A stretch of 62,509 nucleotides of DNA, counting the filler, from Sandaracinaceae bacterium (GTDB taxonomy: Bacteria > Myxococcota_A > Polyangia > Polyangiales > JADJQN01), in NCBI GenBank assembly GCA_947483975.1. It is 9 parts of 9 records of this genome, joined end to end, with 100 filler letters (N's around TTAATTAATTAA, not from the genome) between each part and the next. Parts side by side here need not be neighbours in the genome. Positions count along the whole stretch, not along the records: positions 42,052 to 48,833 come from CANKOL010000291.1; positions 48,934 to 55,677 come from CANKOL010000292.1; 7 more parts are not named here. The stretch is one strand, 5' to 3'. Shown here in pieces: positions 42,052 through 54,708 of the stretch. Every line of letters begins with the position of its first letter. Within the stretch, counting starts at the first letter, position 1. Both the position numbers and the translations under genes were made by a program. The notes beneath the pieces were generated by a model. That model was not told the origin of the DNA. It ran no database searches and saw only the letters and a list, made by a program, of their open reading frames with translations.

Positions 42052-43275
42052 ATAGGCGAGCGCCGCGGCCTCGTCGAGCGTCGCGCCCGCCGCGCAGACC
42101 GTCAGCACGCGCCCGCCGCTCGTGCGCACGACGTCGCCGTCACGCTTGGTCCCCGCGTGAAAGACCCGCGCGCCAGGCGCGGCTTGCGCGACCGCGTCGA
42201 GCCCGTCGATGGCGTCGCCCGTCCGCACGCGCACCGGGTAGCCCGCCGCCGCGAGCACCACGCAGAGCGCGGCGCCGGCGCCGAAGGTCGGCGTGATGTC
42301 GGAGAGATCCCCGCGCGCGGAGCCGAGCAGCAGCGGCACGAGGTCGCCGTCGAAGCGCGCCATCAGCGCCTCACACTCCGGGTCGCCGAAGCGCACGTTG
42401 TACTCGAGCGTCCACGGCTCGCCGTCGACCACCATGACGCCCGCGAAGAGCGCGCCTCGAAACGTGCGCCCCTCCTGCCGCAGCCCGTCGAGCATCGGCT
42501 CGATCACGCGCGCGAGGATCTTGCGCTCGACCTCCGGCGTGACGACGGGCGGAGGCGAGTACGCGCCCATGCCGCCGGTGTTGGGGCCGAGGTCGCCGTC
42601 GCCGAGGCGCTTGTGATCTTGAGCCGCCGCGAGCGCGACGTAGCGCGTGCCGTCCGAGACGACGTGGTAGCTGACCTCTTCGCCGCGCAGCACCTCTTCG
42701 ATGACGACGCGCCGCCCGGCGTCCCCGTAGACGCGCTCCCGCATCATCGCGTCGATCGCCTCGACCGCCTCGGCGGCGTCCGCCGCGACGACGACGCCCT
42801 TGCCCGCCGCGAGCCCATCGGCCTTCACGACGAGCGGGCGCGCGCACTTCTGCACATAGGCGGTCGCGGCGTCGGGGTCGTCGAACACGCGGAAGCCCGC
42901 GGTCGGCACGCCGTACTTCGCCATCAATTCCTTCGCGAGCACCTTCGAGCCCTCGAGCTCTGCGGCGCCGCGCGACGGGCCGAACGCCAAGATACCCACC
43001 GCGTCGAGCGCGTCGACGAGCCCCGCGACGAGCGGCGCCTCCGGCCCGACGACGACGAGCCCGACGCCGCGCTCCTTGGCGAGCGCGACCAGCCCGCGCA
43101 CGTCACCGATCTCGACCGCGACGTTCGTCGCGACGGCGCCCGTGCCGGCGTTGCCCGGCGCGCAGAGGACCTCCTCGACGAGCGGCGACTCCGAGATGCG
43201 CCACGCGAGCGCGTGCTCGCGCGCGCCGCTGCCGACGACGAGGACCTTGATGCGGGGGGAAGCTGCGTGGGGCAT
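42052..43275 (-). CDS. purD: Phosphoribosylamine-glycine ligase, 3' truncated
   Basis: [29 protein letters not shown]...[22 protein letters not shown]. Confidence 0.96.
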
Positions 43276-43289
43276 CGGCAACGTGTCTC

Positions 43290-44870
43290 TTAGTGGCGGA
43301 AGTGACGGAACCCGGTGAACACCATCGCGACGCCCGCGGCGTCGGCCGCGGCGATCACGTCGACGTCCTTGACCGAGCCGCCCGGCTGCGCGACCGCGGT
43401 GACGCCCGCCCTCGCCGCCGCCTCGAGCCCATCGGCGAACGGGAAGAACGCGTCGCTCGCGAGCACGGCGCCCTTCGTCAGCGCGCCCGCCTTCTCGCAG
43501 GCGATCTGCACGCTGATGACGCGCGACATCTGCCCGGCGCCGACCCCGACGGTGCGCGCTCCGCCGTCCGTGCCGTGCGCGAGCACGATGGCGTTCGACT
43601 TCACGTGCTTCGAGACGCGCCAGGCGAAGTCGAGCGCGCGCAGCTCCTCAGACGTCGGCGCGCGCTTGGTGACGACCCTCGCCGCGAGCACCTCCGCGCC
43701 GCAGGTCGCGTCGCGCTCTTGCACGACGAGCCCACCGTTGACGCGCTTCCAGGTGCGCTCGGCGAACGTCGCCGGCAGCCAAGCACCCGTCGCGAGGAGG
43801 CGCAGGTTCTTCTTGGCGTGCAAGAGCGCGAGCGCGTCGTCGTCGAAGCCGGGCGCGACGACGCACTCGAGGAACGTCTCGACGAGCAGCGCGGCGGTCG
43901 CGCGATCGACGCGCTGATTGAGCGCCACGATGCCGCCAAACGCGCTGAGCGGGTCCGCCTCGCGCGCGGTGCGATACGCCTCGGCGAGCGAGCGCCCCGT
44001 CGAGACGCCGCAGGGGTTCGTGTGCTTGACGACGACCGCCGCCGGCCCGTCGAGCTCGCGCGCGCACTCGAGCGCAGCGTCGCAGTCGACGAGGTTGTTG
44101 AAGCTGAGCTCCTTGCCGCCCGCGCCGAGCGACTGCGCCCGCGCGAGCGAGCCCTCGACCGCGCCGCGCTCGACGTAGAACGCGCCGCGCTGATGCGGGT
44201 TCTCGCCGTAGCGCACGTCGTAGGCCTTCTCGAACTGCAGCGAGAGCGTGCCGGGGAACTGCGCGCGCGGCGCCTCGACCGAGTCGGGCACCGAGGTCAG
44301 GTAGCCGGCGATCGCGCCGTCGTACGCCGCCGTGTGCGTGAAGACCTTCGCCGCGAGCGTGCGGCGCGCGAGCGCGTCGGGGCGGCCCTCTGCGGTGTCG
44401 AGCGCGCCGAGCACGAGCGCGTAGTCGCGCGGGTCGACGACCACCGTGACGCGCGCGTGGTTCTTCGCGGCGCTGCGGAGCATCGACGGCCCGCCGATGT
44501 CGATGTTCTCGATGACCTCGTCGAACGCCGCGCCGCGCTCGACCGTCTGCTCGAACGGGTAGAGGTTGACGACGACGAGGTCGATCGTCTTGCCGCCGAT
44601 GCTCGCGAGCTGCGCGCGGTCGTCGTCGCGGTCGCGCATCAGGAGCCCGCCGTGCACGCGCGGGTGCAGCGTCTTGACGCGCCCGTCCATGATCTCCGGG
44701 CTCTGCGTGTACTCGGACACGTCGATGACGGCGAGGCCCGCGGCGCGCAGCGCCTTCGCGGTGCCGCCCGTCGAGAGCAGCTCGACGCCGGCCTTGGCGA
44801 GCGCCTCTGCGAAGGGGACGAGCCCCTGCTTGTCCGAGACCGATACGAGCGCGCGTTCGATGCGGGGCAT
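43290..44870 (-). CDS. purH: Bifunctional AICAR transformylase/IMP cyclohydrolase
   Basis: RALVSVSDK, GRVKTLHP, IDIGGPSMLRSAAKN, YGENPHQ, SDAFFPF, RHFRH. Confidence 0.97.
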   Translation of the reverse strand: MPRIERALVSVSDKQGLVPFAEALAKAGVELLSTGGTAKALRAAGLAVIDVSEYTQSPEIMDGRVKTLHPRVHGGLLMRDRDDDRAQLASIGGKTIDLVVVNLYPFEQTVERGAAFDEVIENIDIGGPSMLRSAAKNHARVTVVVDPRDYALVLGALDTAEGRPDALARRTLAAKVFTHTAAYDGAIAGYLTSVPDSVEAPRAQFPGTLSLQFEKAYDVRYGENPHQRGAFYVERGAVEGSLARAQSLGAGGKELSFNNLVDCDAALECARELDGPAAVVVKHTNPCGVSTGRSLAEAYRTAREADPLSAFGGIVALNQRVDRATAALLVETFLECVVAPGFDDDALALLHAKKNLRLLATGAWLPATFAERTWKRVNGGLVVQERDATCGAEVLAARVVTKRAPTSEELRALDFAWRVSKHVKSNAIVLAHGTDGGARTVGVGAGQMSRVISVQIACEKAGALTKGAVLASDAFFPFADGLEAAARAGVTAVAQPGGSVKDVDVIAAADAAGVAMVFTGFRHFRH

Positions 44871-45039
44871 GAGGGACTCCTTCGGGCCGCCCGCGTACCG
44901 CGCAGCGCGGGTCACGTCAACCGCCTGCCGTCGGCGAACGTCGCCCTCGTGCACCCACGGCGGACGGCGCACACCGCTGGACAGGGTCGCGGGCAGATCG
45001 CGCGCCCGAAGCGCGCCGCGCACGCGCTACGCTGCCGCG

Positions 45040-45342
45040 ATGTCCGACCCACACGCCGAGGCCCCCGCGCTCGAGGAGCTGCGCGCGAAGGTCGACGCGA
45101 TCGACCATGAGCTCCTGCGGCTGCTCGCCCGGCGCCGGGCGGTCGTCGAGGAGATCTCCGCGTGGAAGCTCCCGCGCGCAGAGCCGATCCAGGACGTCCT
45201 GCGGGAGCGCGAGCTGCTCGACGACCGGCTCGCGCACGCAGAGCGACTCGGGCTCGAGCCCAGCCTGGTGACCGCGCTCTTCGAGCTCGTGCTGCGGGCC
45301 AGCCGCGAGCAACAGGCGGCGCTCCGTGGGGAGCGCGCGTGA
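45040..45342 (+). CDS. Chorismate mutase (AroQ type), standalone
   Basis: LEELRAKVDAIDHELLRLLARR...K...D..RE...S...Q. Confidence 0.8.
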   Translation: MSDPHAEAPALEELRAKVDAIDHELLRLLARRRAVVEEISAWKLPRAEPIQDVLRERELLDDRLAHAERLGLEPSLVTALFELVLRASREQQAALRGERA

Positions 45343-45366
45343 CGCCAGACGCGCCCGCGCCTCCCG

Positions 45367-46509
45367 TCAGGTCGCCGCGCCGATCTCGTCCCCGCCGCGC
45401 ATCCGCGCGACCGTCTCCGCGGCCCACTGCGTGTAGCGCTGCTCGCGGATCGCGGCGCGCGCCGCGCGCGTGAGCGCCCCGTAGAAGTGCAGGTTGTGCT
45501 CGGTGCAGAGGCGCGCCGCGAGCATCTCCTTGGCGACGACCAAGTGCCGCAGATAGCCGCGCGAGTAGGTCGTGCACACGGGGCACTCGCAGAGCGCGTC
45601 GACCGGCGACTCGTCGTCACGGTGCCGCGCCTGCTTGAGGTTGACGCGCCCGCCCCAGGTGAGCGCCTGCCCGTTGCGCGCGTTGCGGGTCGGCAGCACG
45701 CAGTCGAAGAGATCGACGCCCGCGCCCATGCCGTGGATCAGGTCGTACGGAGTGCCGACGCCCATCACGTAGCGCGGCTTCTCGCTCGGCAATTTGGGCA
45801 CGATCTCCGTGAGCGCCTGGTACATCTCCGGGATCGGCTCGCCGACGGAGAAGCCTCCGAGCGCGATGCCGTCGAAGGGCAGCGCGGCGATGTCCGCGAG
45901 GTGCGCGAGGCGCAGGTCGACGTGCGCGCCGCCCTGCACGATGCCGAAGCGCGCCTGCCCGTCGGCGGCGGGCGAGGCGAGGCAGCGCGCCGCCCAGAGC
46001 GTCGTGCGGCGCATCGCGTCCTCGATGACCTTGCGCTCGGCGCCGCCAGGCGGACAGACGTCGAGCACCATCGCGACGTCCGAGCCGAGCAGCGCCTGCA
46101 CGCGCATCGACTCCTCGGGCGTCAGGCGCAGCTTGGCGCCGTCGAGGTGCGACTTGAACGTCACGCCGTCGTCGTCGATCGTGCGCAGGTCCGCGAGGGA
46201 GAAGACCTGATAGCCGCCGGAGTCCGTCAGCATCGCGTGAGGCCAGCGCATGAAGCGCTGCACGCCGCCGAAGTGCCGCACTCGCTCAGCCGTGGGCCGC
46301 AGCCAGAGGTGATAGGTGTTCGCGAGGATGATGCGCGCGCCCGTCGCGGCGACCTCCGCGGGCGTCTGCGACTTGACCGTCGCCTGCGTGCCGACGGGCA
46401 TGAACGCGGGCGTCTCGATCGCCGCGCGCGTCGTCGTGAACGTGCCCGTGCGCGCGTCGCCATCTTGGGCGTGGACCTCGAACGAGAAGCCGGGCGTCGG
46501 GAGCGTCAT
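45367..46509 (-). CDS. tgt: tRNA-guanine transglycosylase
   Basis: TPAFMPVGT, NTYHL, TDSGGYQVFSL, FGIVQGG, DCVLPTRNARNG, CECPVC, HN. Confidence 0.97.
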   Translation of the reverse strand: MTLPTPGFSFEVHAQDGDARTGTFTTTRAAIETPAFMPVGTQATVKSQTPAEVAATGARIILANTYHLWLRPTAERVRHFGGVQRFMRWPHAMLTDSGGYQVFSLADLRTIDDDGVTFKSHLDGAKLRLTPEESMRVQALLGSDVAMVLDVCPPGGAERKVIEDAMRRTTLWAARCLASPAADGQARFGIVQGGAHVDLRLAHLADIAALPFDGIALGGFSVGEPIPEMYQALTEIVPKLPSEKPRYVMGVGTPYDLIHGMGAGVDLFDCVLPTRNARNGQALTWGGRVNLKQARHRDDESPVDALCECPVCTTYSRGYLRHLVVAKEMLAARLCTEHNLHFYGALTRAARAAIREQRYTQWAAETVARMRGGDEIGAAT

Positions 46510-46585
46510 GGAGGGCGCGGTGTAGCAGGCCGGTCGGCAGGTACTCAATGCGGGGCAGGTCAGCGCGTCGTGCGGGCTCAGGAGT

Positions 46586-47638
46586 TCAGCGCACGAGCAT
46601 CGCGTCGCCATAGCTGAAGAAGCGATAGCGCGCGGCGATCGCGTGCGCGTAGGCGCGGCGCACCGGGTCGATGCCGGCGAAGGCCATCACGAGCGCGAGG
46701 AGCGTGCTCTTCGGCAGATGGAAGTTCGTCAGGAGCGCGTCGACGACGTGCAAGTCCGCGGGCGGATAGAGGAACAGGCGCGTCTCGCCGGTGCCCGCGA
46801 GGACCTGCCAAGCGCCGTCTCCATCGCGCTGCGCCGCGGACTCGAGGGTGCGCACGACGGTGGTGCCGACCGCGACGATGGGGCGCCCCGCCGCGCGCGC
46901 CTCGCGGACCGCGCGCGCGGTGTCTTCGGAGACCTCGTAGTGCTCCGCGTGCATCACGTGCTCCGCGAGCTCGTCGCTGCGCAGCGGCAAGAACGTGCCC
47001 GGGCCGACGTGCAGCGTGACGCGCGCGAGCGTGTGCCCCGCGGCGGCGAGCTCCTCGAGCAGGCGCGCAGAGAGATGCAGCCCGGCCGTCGGCGCGGCGA
47101 CGGCGCCCGCGTTCGTGGCGAAGACCGTCTGATAGCGCTCGTCGTCGGCGGGGCGCGCCTCGCGGCGCAGATAGGGCGGCAGCGGCAGCTCGCCGACGCG
47201 CGCGAGCGCCGCCTCGACGCTCACGTCGTGCACGGCGCGCAGCACGAGCTCGACGGTGTCCTCCGCGCGGCGCCCCACGACCGTCGCCGTCAGCGCGTCG
47301 CCGATGCGCAGCACCGCGCCCTCGCGCAGCGACTTCAGCCCGCGCGCCATCGCCTCCCAGCGCTCGCTCGCGCCGGGCTCCGACAAGCGCCGGACGAGCA
47401 GCAGCTCGAGCTTGCCGCCGCTCGACTTCTCCGCGCGCAGGCGCGCCGGGATGACGCGCGTGTCGTTGACGACGAAGAGCGACGGCGGCAGCAGCGTCGG
47501 CAGCTCGCGCACGAGCCGGTCGGCGGTCGGGCCGACGCCGCGCTCGACGAGCAAGAGGCGCGCGGCGTCGCGCTCGGCGAGCGGCTCGCTCGCGATGAGG
47601 TCTTCGGGAAGCGCGTAGTCGAGCTCGGAGGCGTGCAT
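46586..47638 (-). CDS. queA: S-adenosylmethionine:tRNA ribosyltransferase-isomerase
   Basis: DYALPEDLIA, NDTRVIPAR, PLPPY, AAPTAGLH, TNFHLPKSTL, RFFSYGDAM. Confidence 0.97.
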   Translation of the reverse strand: MHASELDYALPEDLIASEPLAERDAARLLLVERGVGPTADRLVRELPTLLPPSLFVVNDTRVIPARLRAEKSSGGKLELLLVRRLSEPGASERWEAMARGLKSLREGAVLRIGDALTATVVGRRAEDTVELVLRAVHDVSVEAALARVGELPLPPYLRREARPADDERYQTVFATNAGAVAAPTAGLHLSARLLEELAAAGHTLARVTLHVGPGTFLPLRSDELAEHVMHAEHYEVSEDTARAVREARAAGRPIVAVGTTVVRTLESAAQRDGDGAWQVLAGTGETRLFLYPPADLHVVDALLTNFHLPKSTLLALVMAFAGIDPVRRAYAHAIAARYRFFSYGDAMLVR

Positions 47639-47643
47639 CGCGC

Positions 47644-48831
47644 CTAGTGATAGCTCTCGAGGAACGTGCGGCCCTGCCCGACGAGCAAATAGAGCGCGCC
47701 CTCGTCGCCGCGCACGGGCGCGCCGAGCGGCACTCCCTCGGTCGGCAAGCGCCAACGCACCTCGCCAGCGGCGTCGATCGCGATCAGCTCTCCGACGGGC
47801 GCCGCGTTGGTGGTGCCGGGGCCCGTCGGGAGCGGCGACTGCAGCGCGACGAGCGTCGTGCCGGCCTCGTCGATCGAGAGGCCCTTCGCGACCCCGGCGA
47901 GCTCGCGCTCCCAGAGCGTGCGGCCGGTCGCGCCGATCGCGGCGAGCGCGGTGTGACCGCTGTGCGTGCGCGAGAAGACGCGCGCGCTGCCGTCGGGCGC
48001 GAGGATCGGCGCGCCGTCGAAGGCGAGGCTGTTGGCGCCGCGCGCGCGCACTCGACCGGACGGATCGACGGCGACGACCTCGCCCGGCGCGACGAAGGTC
48101 CAGAGCGTACCGTCCGGGGCGATGGCGGCGTTCTCGACGGCGCGTCCGCCGAGCTCGACCCGCGAGGCGCCGCGCCCTTCGGCGTCGACGATCACGAGGT
48201 CCGTGCCGGAGCCCACGGCCAAGCGCCCGTCGCGGAGCAGCGTCGGCGCGCCCGCGGCGCCCACCTCGAGCGGCACGTAAAACAGCGGCGAGAGGGTCGC
48301 GTCGAGGCCGCGCAGCCCGTCACCCGTCGCGACGACGATGGTGCCGTCGGCCAGCACGAGCGGCGCGCCGCGCGCGCCCGAAGGGAGGCGCGTCCTCGCG
48401 CGGAGCGTGCCGTCTCGGAGCACGAGCAGCACGTCGCCGCGCCCCGTGACCGCGACGAGCTCGTCCGCCGGCGTGATCGCGGGCGTGAGCACGTTCGAGG
48501 CGACGCCTAGCTCCACGCGAAACGCGCGCGTCCCGCCGCGGGTGACGCCCTCGAGGCAGCCGATCTCCGCGAGCACCACGAGGTCGTCGGCGAGCACGAG
48601 CGGCTGCGCGACGCCGTCGTCGAGGACGGGCTGCGCGGTCTGCTGACGCCAGACGCGCGCCGGCGCCGCGTCGGGGAAGCGCCCCTGCGCGCGGCCGCTT
48701 CGCCCCGAGTCGCACGCGAGCGTCGGGCACGGATGCGCGGCGCGAAAACCGTACGGCAGCTCGACGTAGTGGCCAATGCGAACGGGCCGCGCGCCCGCCT
48801 TGCGCGCAGGCGCAAGCGCGAGGAACGCGCC
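47644..48831 (-). CDS. PQQ/BamB-like beta-propeller protein, 5' truncated
   Basis: Frame open to the contig edge; repeated P.....DG.L.V and G...W blade motifs. Confidence 0.7.
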   Translation of the reverse strand, partial: GAFLALAPARKAGARPVRIGHYVELPYGFRAAHPCPTLACDSGRSGRAQGRFPDAAPARVWRQQTAQPVLDDGVAQPLVLADDLVVLAEIGCLEGVTRGGTRAFRVELGVASNVLTPAITPADELVAVTGRGDVLLVLRDGTLRARTRLPSGARGAPLVLADGTIVVATGDGLRGLDATLSPLFYVPLEVGAAGAPTLLRDGRLAVGSGTDLVIVDAEGRGASRVELGGRAVENAAIAPDGTLWTFVAPGEVVAVDPSGRVRARGANSLAFDGAPILAPDGSARVFSRTHSGHTALAAIGATGRTLWERELAGVAKGLSIDEAGTTLVALQSPLPTGPGTTNAAPVGELIAIDAAGEVRWRLPTEGVPLGAPVRGDEGALYLLVGQGRTFLESYH

Positions 48832-48933
48832 CGNNNNNNNNNNNNNNNNNNNNNNNNNNNNNNNNNNNNNNNNNNNNTTAATTAATTAANNNNNNNNNNN
48901 NNNNNNNNNNNNNNNNNNNNNNNNNNNNNNNNN

Positions 48934-49280
48934 CGCTCTCGTCGATCGCCGCACGCGTCAGCGGCACGCTCGCCGGGGTCGATGACGGCGCGACGCTCGC
49001 TGCCTCGCCCGACGCCGCGCGCGCCCTCGCCGCGCTCCCGCACGGCGCTCAGTTCGCGCTCGCGCTCGTGCCGGAGCAGCTGCTCGCTGCGGCGTCCTTC
49101 TTCCCCGTCGACGCGCTCGTGCGCGCCGGCAACGAGGCGGCCGAACCCCCGCCGGGCGCGCCGCTGCTCCTCGCCCTCGCCCGCGAAGGAGCCACGCTGC
49201 ACCTCACCCTCGTGCTGCCGACCTCAGCGCTCGTCCACGCCGCCGAGACCTACGCGACGGCCTCGTCCCTCGCACCCTGA
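48934..49280 (+). CDS. Hypothetical protein C-terminal fragment
   Basis: Frame ends ETYATASSLAP* just before the rhomboid start. Confidence 0.45.
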
Positions 49281-49289
49281 CCGCCGCGC

Positions 49290-50000
49290 GTGCTCTTCCC
49301 CCTCCGCGACTTGCGACCAACGACCGCGCGCCCCGTCCTCACGTGGTCGCTGATCGCGCTCAACGTGCTCGTCTACGCCTACCAAGCGCACCTCGGCATC
49401 TCCGACGGCGACGCGCTGGTCGAGCGCTTCGGCGTCATCCCAGAGGTGCTGGTCCACGGCGGGCACGCGGGCAGCCTGATCACCCCGCTGACCTCGATGT
49501 TCCTCCACGGTGGACTCGGGCACGTGCTCGGGAACCTCTGGTTCCTGTTCGTCTTCGGGAACCACCTCGAGGAGGCGCTCGGGCGGGCGCGCTTCGTCGG
49601 CTTCTACCTCGTATGCGGGCTCGCGGCGGCGGCGACTCAGGTGGGCATCGACCCGACGAGCACGGTGCCGGTGATCGGCGCGTCGGGGGCGATCGCTGGC
49701 GTCCTCGGCGCGTACATCGTGTTCTTCCCGCGAGCGCGGATCCTGACGTTCGTGCCGATCTTCTTCCTCCTGGAGGTCCCGGCGTTCGTCTACATCATCC
49801 TGTGGTTCGCGCTCGAGGTCGTCCGCGCGACGTTCTCGCTCGGCGCCTCAGGCGCGGAGGGCGGGATCGCCTTCTTCGCGCACGTGGGCGGCTTTCTCGC
49901 GGGGCTCGCGCTCGCGCTGCTGCTGCGCCCCCGCGCCGAGCGCCCGCGCACGGGGCCGCGCAACGTGCGGGTCGTGAACGCGCGCGCCGACGAGCCTTAA
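49290..50000 (+). CDS. Rhomboid intramembrane serine protease
   Basis: TSMFLHGG..H..GN, GASGAIAG, AFFAHVGGF. Confidence 0.93.
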   Translation: MLFPLRDLRPTTARPVLTWSLIALNVLVYAYQAHLGISDGDALVERFGVIPEVLVHGGHAGSLITPLTSMFLHGGLGHVLGNLWFLFVFGNHLEEALGRARFVGFYLVCGLAAAATQVGIDPTSTVPVIGASGAIAGVLGAYIVFFPRARILTFVPIFFLLEVPAFVYIILWFALEVVRATFSLGASGAEGGIAFFAHVGGFLAGLALALLLRPRAERPRTGPRNVRVVNARADEP

Positions 50001-50073
50001 ACGACCGCGGCGCGCTCCTCTCGGAACGCGCCGCGTCGTGGGTCCGGATGCTGAGGCGCTCAGGCGCCTGGGC

Positions 50074-52182
<2,109 letters not shown>

Positions 52183-52340
52183 CCGGGAGCTCCTGTGCGG
52201 CAAACGCGCAGAACGCGCGCGTTGCCGTCGAAGCGTACAGAGCGGAGACGGAAAGAACAAACATTGGCGCACTCGCTTGCCTACCGCGAGACCGCGCACC
52301 GACGCGGGAGGCGCCGCGCGTAGCGAGGACGGCGCGCGCG

Positions 52341-52829
52341 CTACGGCCCGCCGAGCGTCCCGACGCGCGGGGGCTCGGAGAGCTCGGCTGCGCGGGCGCG
52401 CAGCTCGGCGGCGCCGGGGTCCTCGGGGTCGAGCACCTCGAGGAGCGGATGGAGCGCGAAGGCTCGGACGAGGAGCCCGGGGTGCGGGACCTCGAGGCGC
52501 GGCGTCTGCACCGTCTCGCCGCGGATCCACAGCACGTCGAGGTCGATGGTGCGCGCGCCCCAGCGCTCGCGGCGCTCCCGCCCGAGCGCGTGCTCGATGC
52601 CGAGCAGCACCTCGAGCAGCGCCTCGGGCTCGAGCGTCGTCTGCAGGCGCACGGCGGCGTTGAGGAAGTCCGGCTGAGGCTGCGTCAGCGCGGGGGTCGC
52701 GACGACGCTCGAGCGCGCCTCGACGACGACCTCGGGGTGCGCCTCGAGCCGCGCGACCGCCGCCGCGAGGTACGCAGCGCGCTCGCCGAGGTTGCTGCCG
52801 AGGCCGACGACGACCTGGCGGTTGCTCAT
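52341..52829 (-). CDS. folK: 2-amino-4-hydroxy-6-hydroxymethyldihydropteridine diphosphokinase
   Basis: GLGSNLG, QPDFLNAAV, RWGARTIDLD, VPHP..RAF.L.PL. Confidence 0.95.
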   Translation of the reverse strand: MSNRQVVVGLGSNLGERAAYLAAAVARLEAHPEVVVEARSSVVATPALTQPQPDFLNAAVRLQTTLEPEALLEVLLGIEHALGRERRERWGARTIDLDVLWIRGETVQTPRLEVPHPGLLVRAFALHPLLEVLDPEDPGAAELRARAAELSEPPRVGTLGGP

Positions 52830-53239
52830 GTCCAGGTGCGCGTGCGCGCGATCGGGCGCTCCTCGGCGTTCCAGCGGATCATGCCGCCGCTCACCGAGTA
52901 GACCTCGCGGAACCCGCGCGCGACGAGCGAGGTCGCCGCCTTGGCGCTGCGGCCGCCCGCCTTGCAGATGCAGACGACCTGCGCGCCCGGGTCGACGTCC
53001 GGGAGCCCCTGCGCGAGGACCTGCGCGAGCGGCACATGGCGCACCCCATGGATGTGCCCGAGCTCCTCGAGCAGCTCCGCCTCCTCGCGCACGTCGATGA
53101 GGACGAGGTGCGAGCGGCCGGCGATGTCCCCTGGACGCGCCTCGAGATAACCTTGCGCGGTGGGCGGGGCGTCGGTGAGCTTGGGGGCGGTCACGGGGCG
53201 CGATCGTAGCAGGCGGCGCGACGCAGAGAAGTCCGTCAT
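52826..53239 (-). CDS. Rhodanese-like domain protein (start uncertain)
   Basis: IDVRE, GHIHG, CKAGGRS, GGMIRW. Confidence 0.85.
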   Translation of the reverse strand: MTDFSASRRLLRSRPVTAPKLTDAPPTAQGYLEARPGDIAGRSHLVLIDVREEAELLEELGHIHGVRHVPLAQVLAQGLPDVDPGAQVVCICKAGGRSAKAATSLVARGFREVYSVSGGMIRWNAEERPIARTRTWT

Positions 53240-53307
53240 CGGGACACGCGCTTCGGCGCAGACCCCGGTCGACACTCCGCGTCCGCGTCCGTCATACTCG
53301 CGCACCC

Positions 53308-54699
53308 ATGCGCCGCACCCGCACGTCCGCTCTCACGCCTGCTTCCGCGGTCTTTTGCTCCTGCGCGGCGCTCCTCGCCGGGCTCGCCGGCTGCGGCGAC
53401 GACGGCCCCGGGGGCCCGGCGCCGCTCGCACCGACCTCGATCCCCGACGACACGCACGGCCCCTCGACGCTCGCGGACATCGACGGCGATGGCGTGCCGA
53501 ACGCGAGCGACAACTGCCCGACGATCGCGAACGCCGATCAGCGCAACGCCTGCCATCAGGTCGCGCCGCCCGCGCTGACGGGCGACGTCGTCAGCGACGG
53601 CGTCGCGCACATGAACTGGGTGCGCGCGAGCGTCGGCCTCGGCCCCGTGACCGAGGACGCGACGCTCTCGCACGGCTGCGCGGTGCACCTCGACTACCTG
53701 ACGGCGCTCTCGGCGGAGGTCGGCAGCCCGCAGCTCGCGCACGAAGAGGACCGGACGAAGGCGTACTCGAGCGCCGAGGGCAACGAGGCGGGCATCAACT
53801 CGGTGCTCTCGATCGGTGAGGGCGAGATCGCGTCGGCGATCGACGGCTGGATGGAGACGCTCTATCACCGCTTGCCGCTGATTCACCCGGGGATGACGCG
53901 CATCGGCGTCGCGGTGACGGGGCGCTACGCGTGCCTGCAATATCGGCCGGGCACCGACGGGCGCGTGCAGGCGCCGCACGAGATCTTCTGGCCGCCCGCG
54001 GACATCGAGGAGACGAGCCGGACCTTCGGCGGCTTCGAGTCGCCGTGCCCGACGATCGACGATCCGCTGAGCGGCGGCAGCTGCCCGGGGAGCGCGGCGA
54101 TCGCGTCCATCGGACTCAACGGCTGGGGCGCGCTGAGCGCCGCGACGGCGACGCTGCGCAACGTGGACACCGGCGCGGACGTGCCGCTCTATCGCGTCTA
54201 CTACGACGGCGGGCCGAGCGTGCACGAGCAGCAGGGCTACCTCGACGGCACCATCGCGCTCGTGCCGCCGGCGGGCTCCGCGCTCGACCTCGCGCTCTAC
54301 GAGGCGACGGCGGACGTGACGATCAGCGGCGCTGCGCAGACGTTCCGCTGGCGCTTCCGCACGGGTCGCCCGCTGCCGACGGATGTCGCCTGCGACGCGG
54401 ACGGACCGCACCACGACCTCGCCAACGCGCTCCCCGTCGGCGTCGGCCAGCAGTACGCGAAGGTCTGCGATCGCCCGGATTTCTATCGGATCACGGGCGC
54501 AGGCGCGCACACGGTCGAGATCCACTTCGTGCACGCGGACGGCGATCTCGACCTGCACGCCTACGACGCGGCGGGCGCTGCGGCGGGGGAGAGCGCGGGC
54601 CAGAGCGACACCGAGGTCGTGACCGTACCGGCGGGCGGCGCGGTCGAGGTCTTCGGCTTCAACAGCGCGATGGGCACGTACCTGCTCCGCGTGCGCTGA
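53308..54699 (+). CDS. Lipoprotein with TSP3 repeat, CAP (SCP) domain and C-terminal PPC-like domain
   Basis: LAGC lipobox, DIDGDGVPNASDNCPTIANADQ, NWVRASVGL...H, WMETLYHR, DGDLDLHAYD. Confidence 0.82.
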   Translation: MRRTRTSALTPASAVFCSCAALLAGLAGCGDDGPGGPAPLAPTSIPDDTHGPSTLADIDGDGVPNASDNCPTIANADQRNACHQVAPPALTGDVVSDGVAHMNWVRASVGLGPVTEDATLSHGCAVHLDYLTALSAEVGSPQLAHEEDRTKAYSSAEGNEAGINSVLSIGEGEIASAIDGWMETLYHRLPLIHPGMTRIGVAVTGRYACLQYRPGTDGRVQAPHEIFWPPADIEETSRTFGGFESPCPTIDDPLSGGSCPGSAAIASIGLNGWGALSAATATLRNVDTGADVPLYRVYYDGGPSVHEQQGYLDGTIALVPPAGSALDLALYEATADVTISGAAQTFRWRFRTGRPLPTDVACDADGPHHDLANALPVGVGQQYAKVCDRPDFYRITGAGAHTVEIHFVHADGDLDLHAYDAAGAAAGESAGQSDTEVVTVPAGGAVEVFGFNSAMGTYLLRVR

Positions 54700-54708
54700 G
54701 CCGCCGCG

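Noticed and set aside
44871..45039. ZTP (pfl) riboswitch upstream of purH
   Set aside because: I could not find the conserved GACUG..GGA and GCC..CGCCUGGG elements on the minus strand
52265..52281. Sigma54-like TGGCGCA...TTGC
   Set aside because: Spacing is GG-N11-GC and it points away from the nearest start codon
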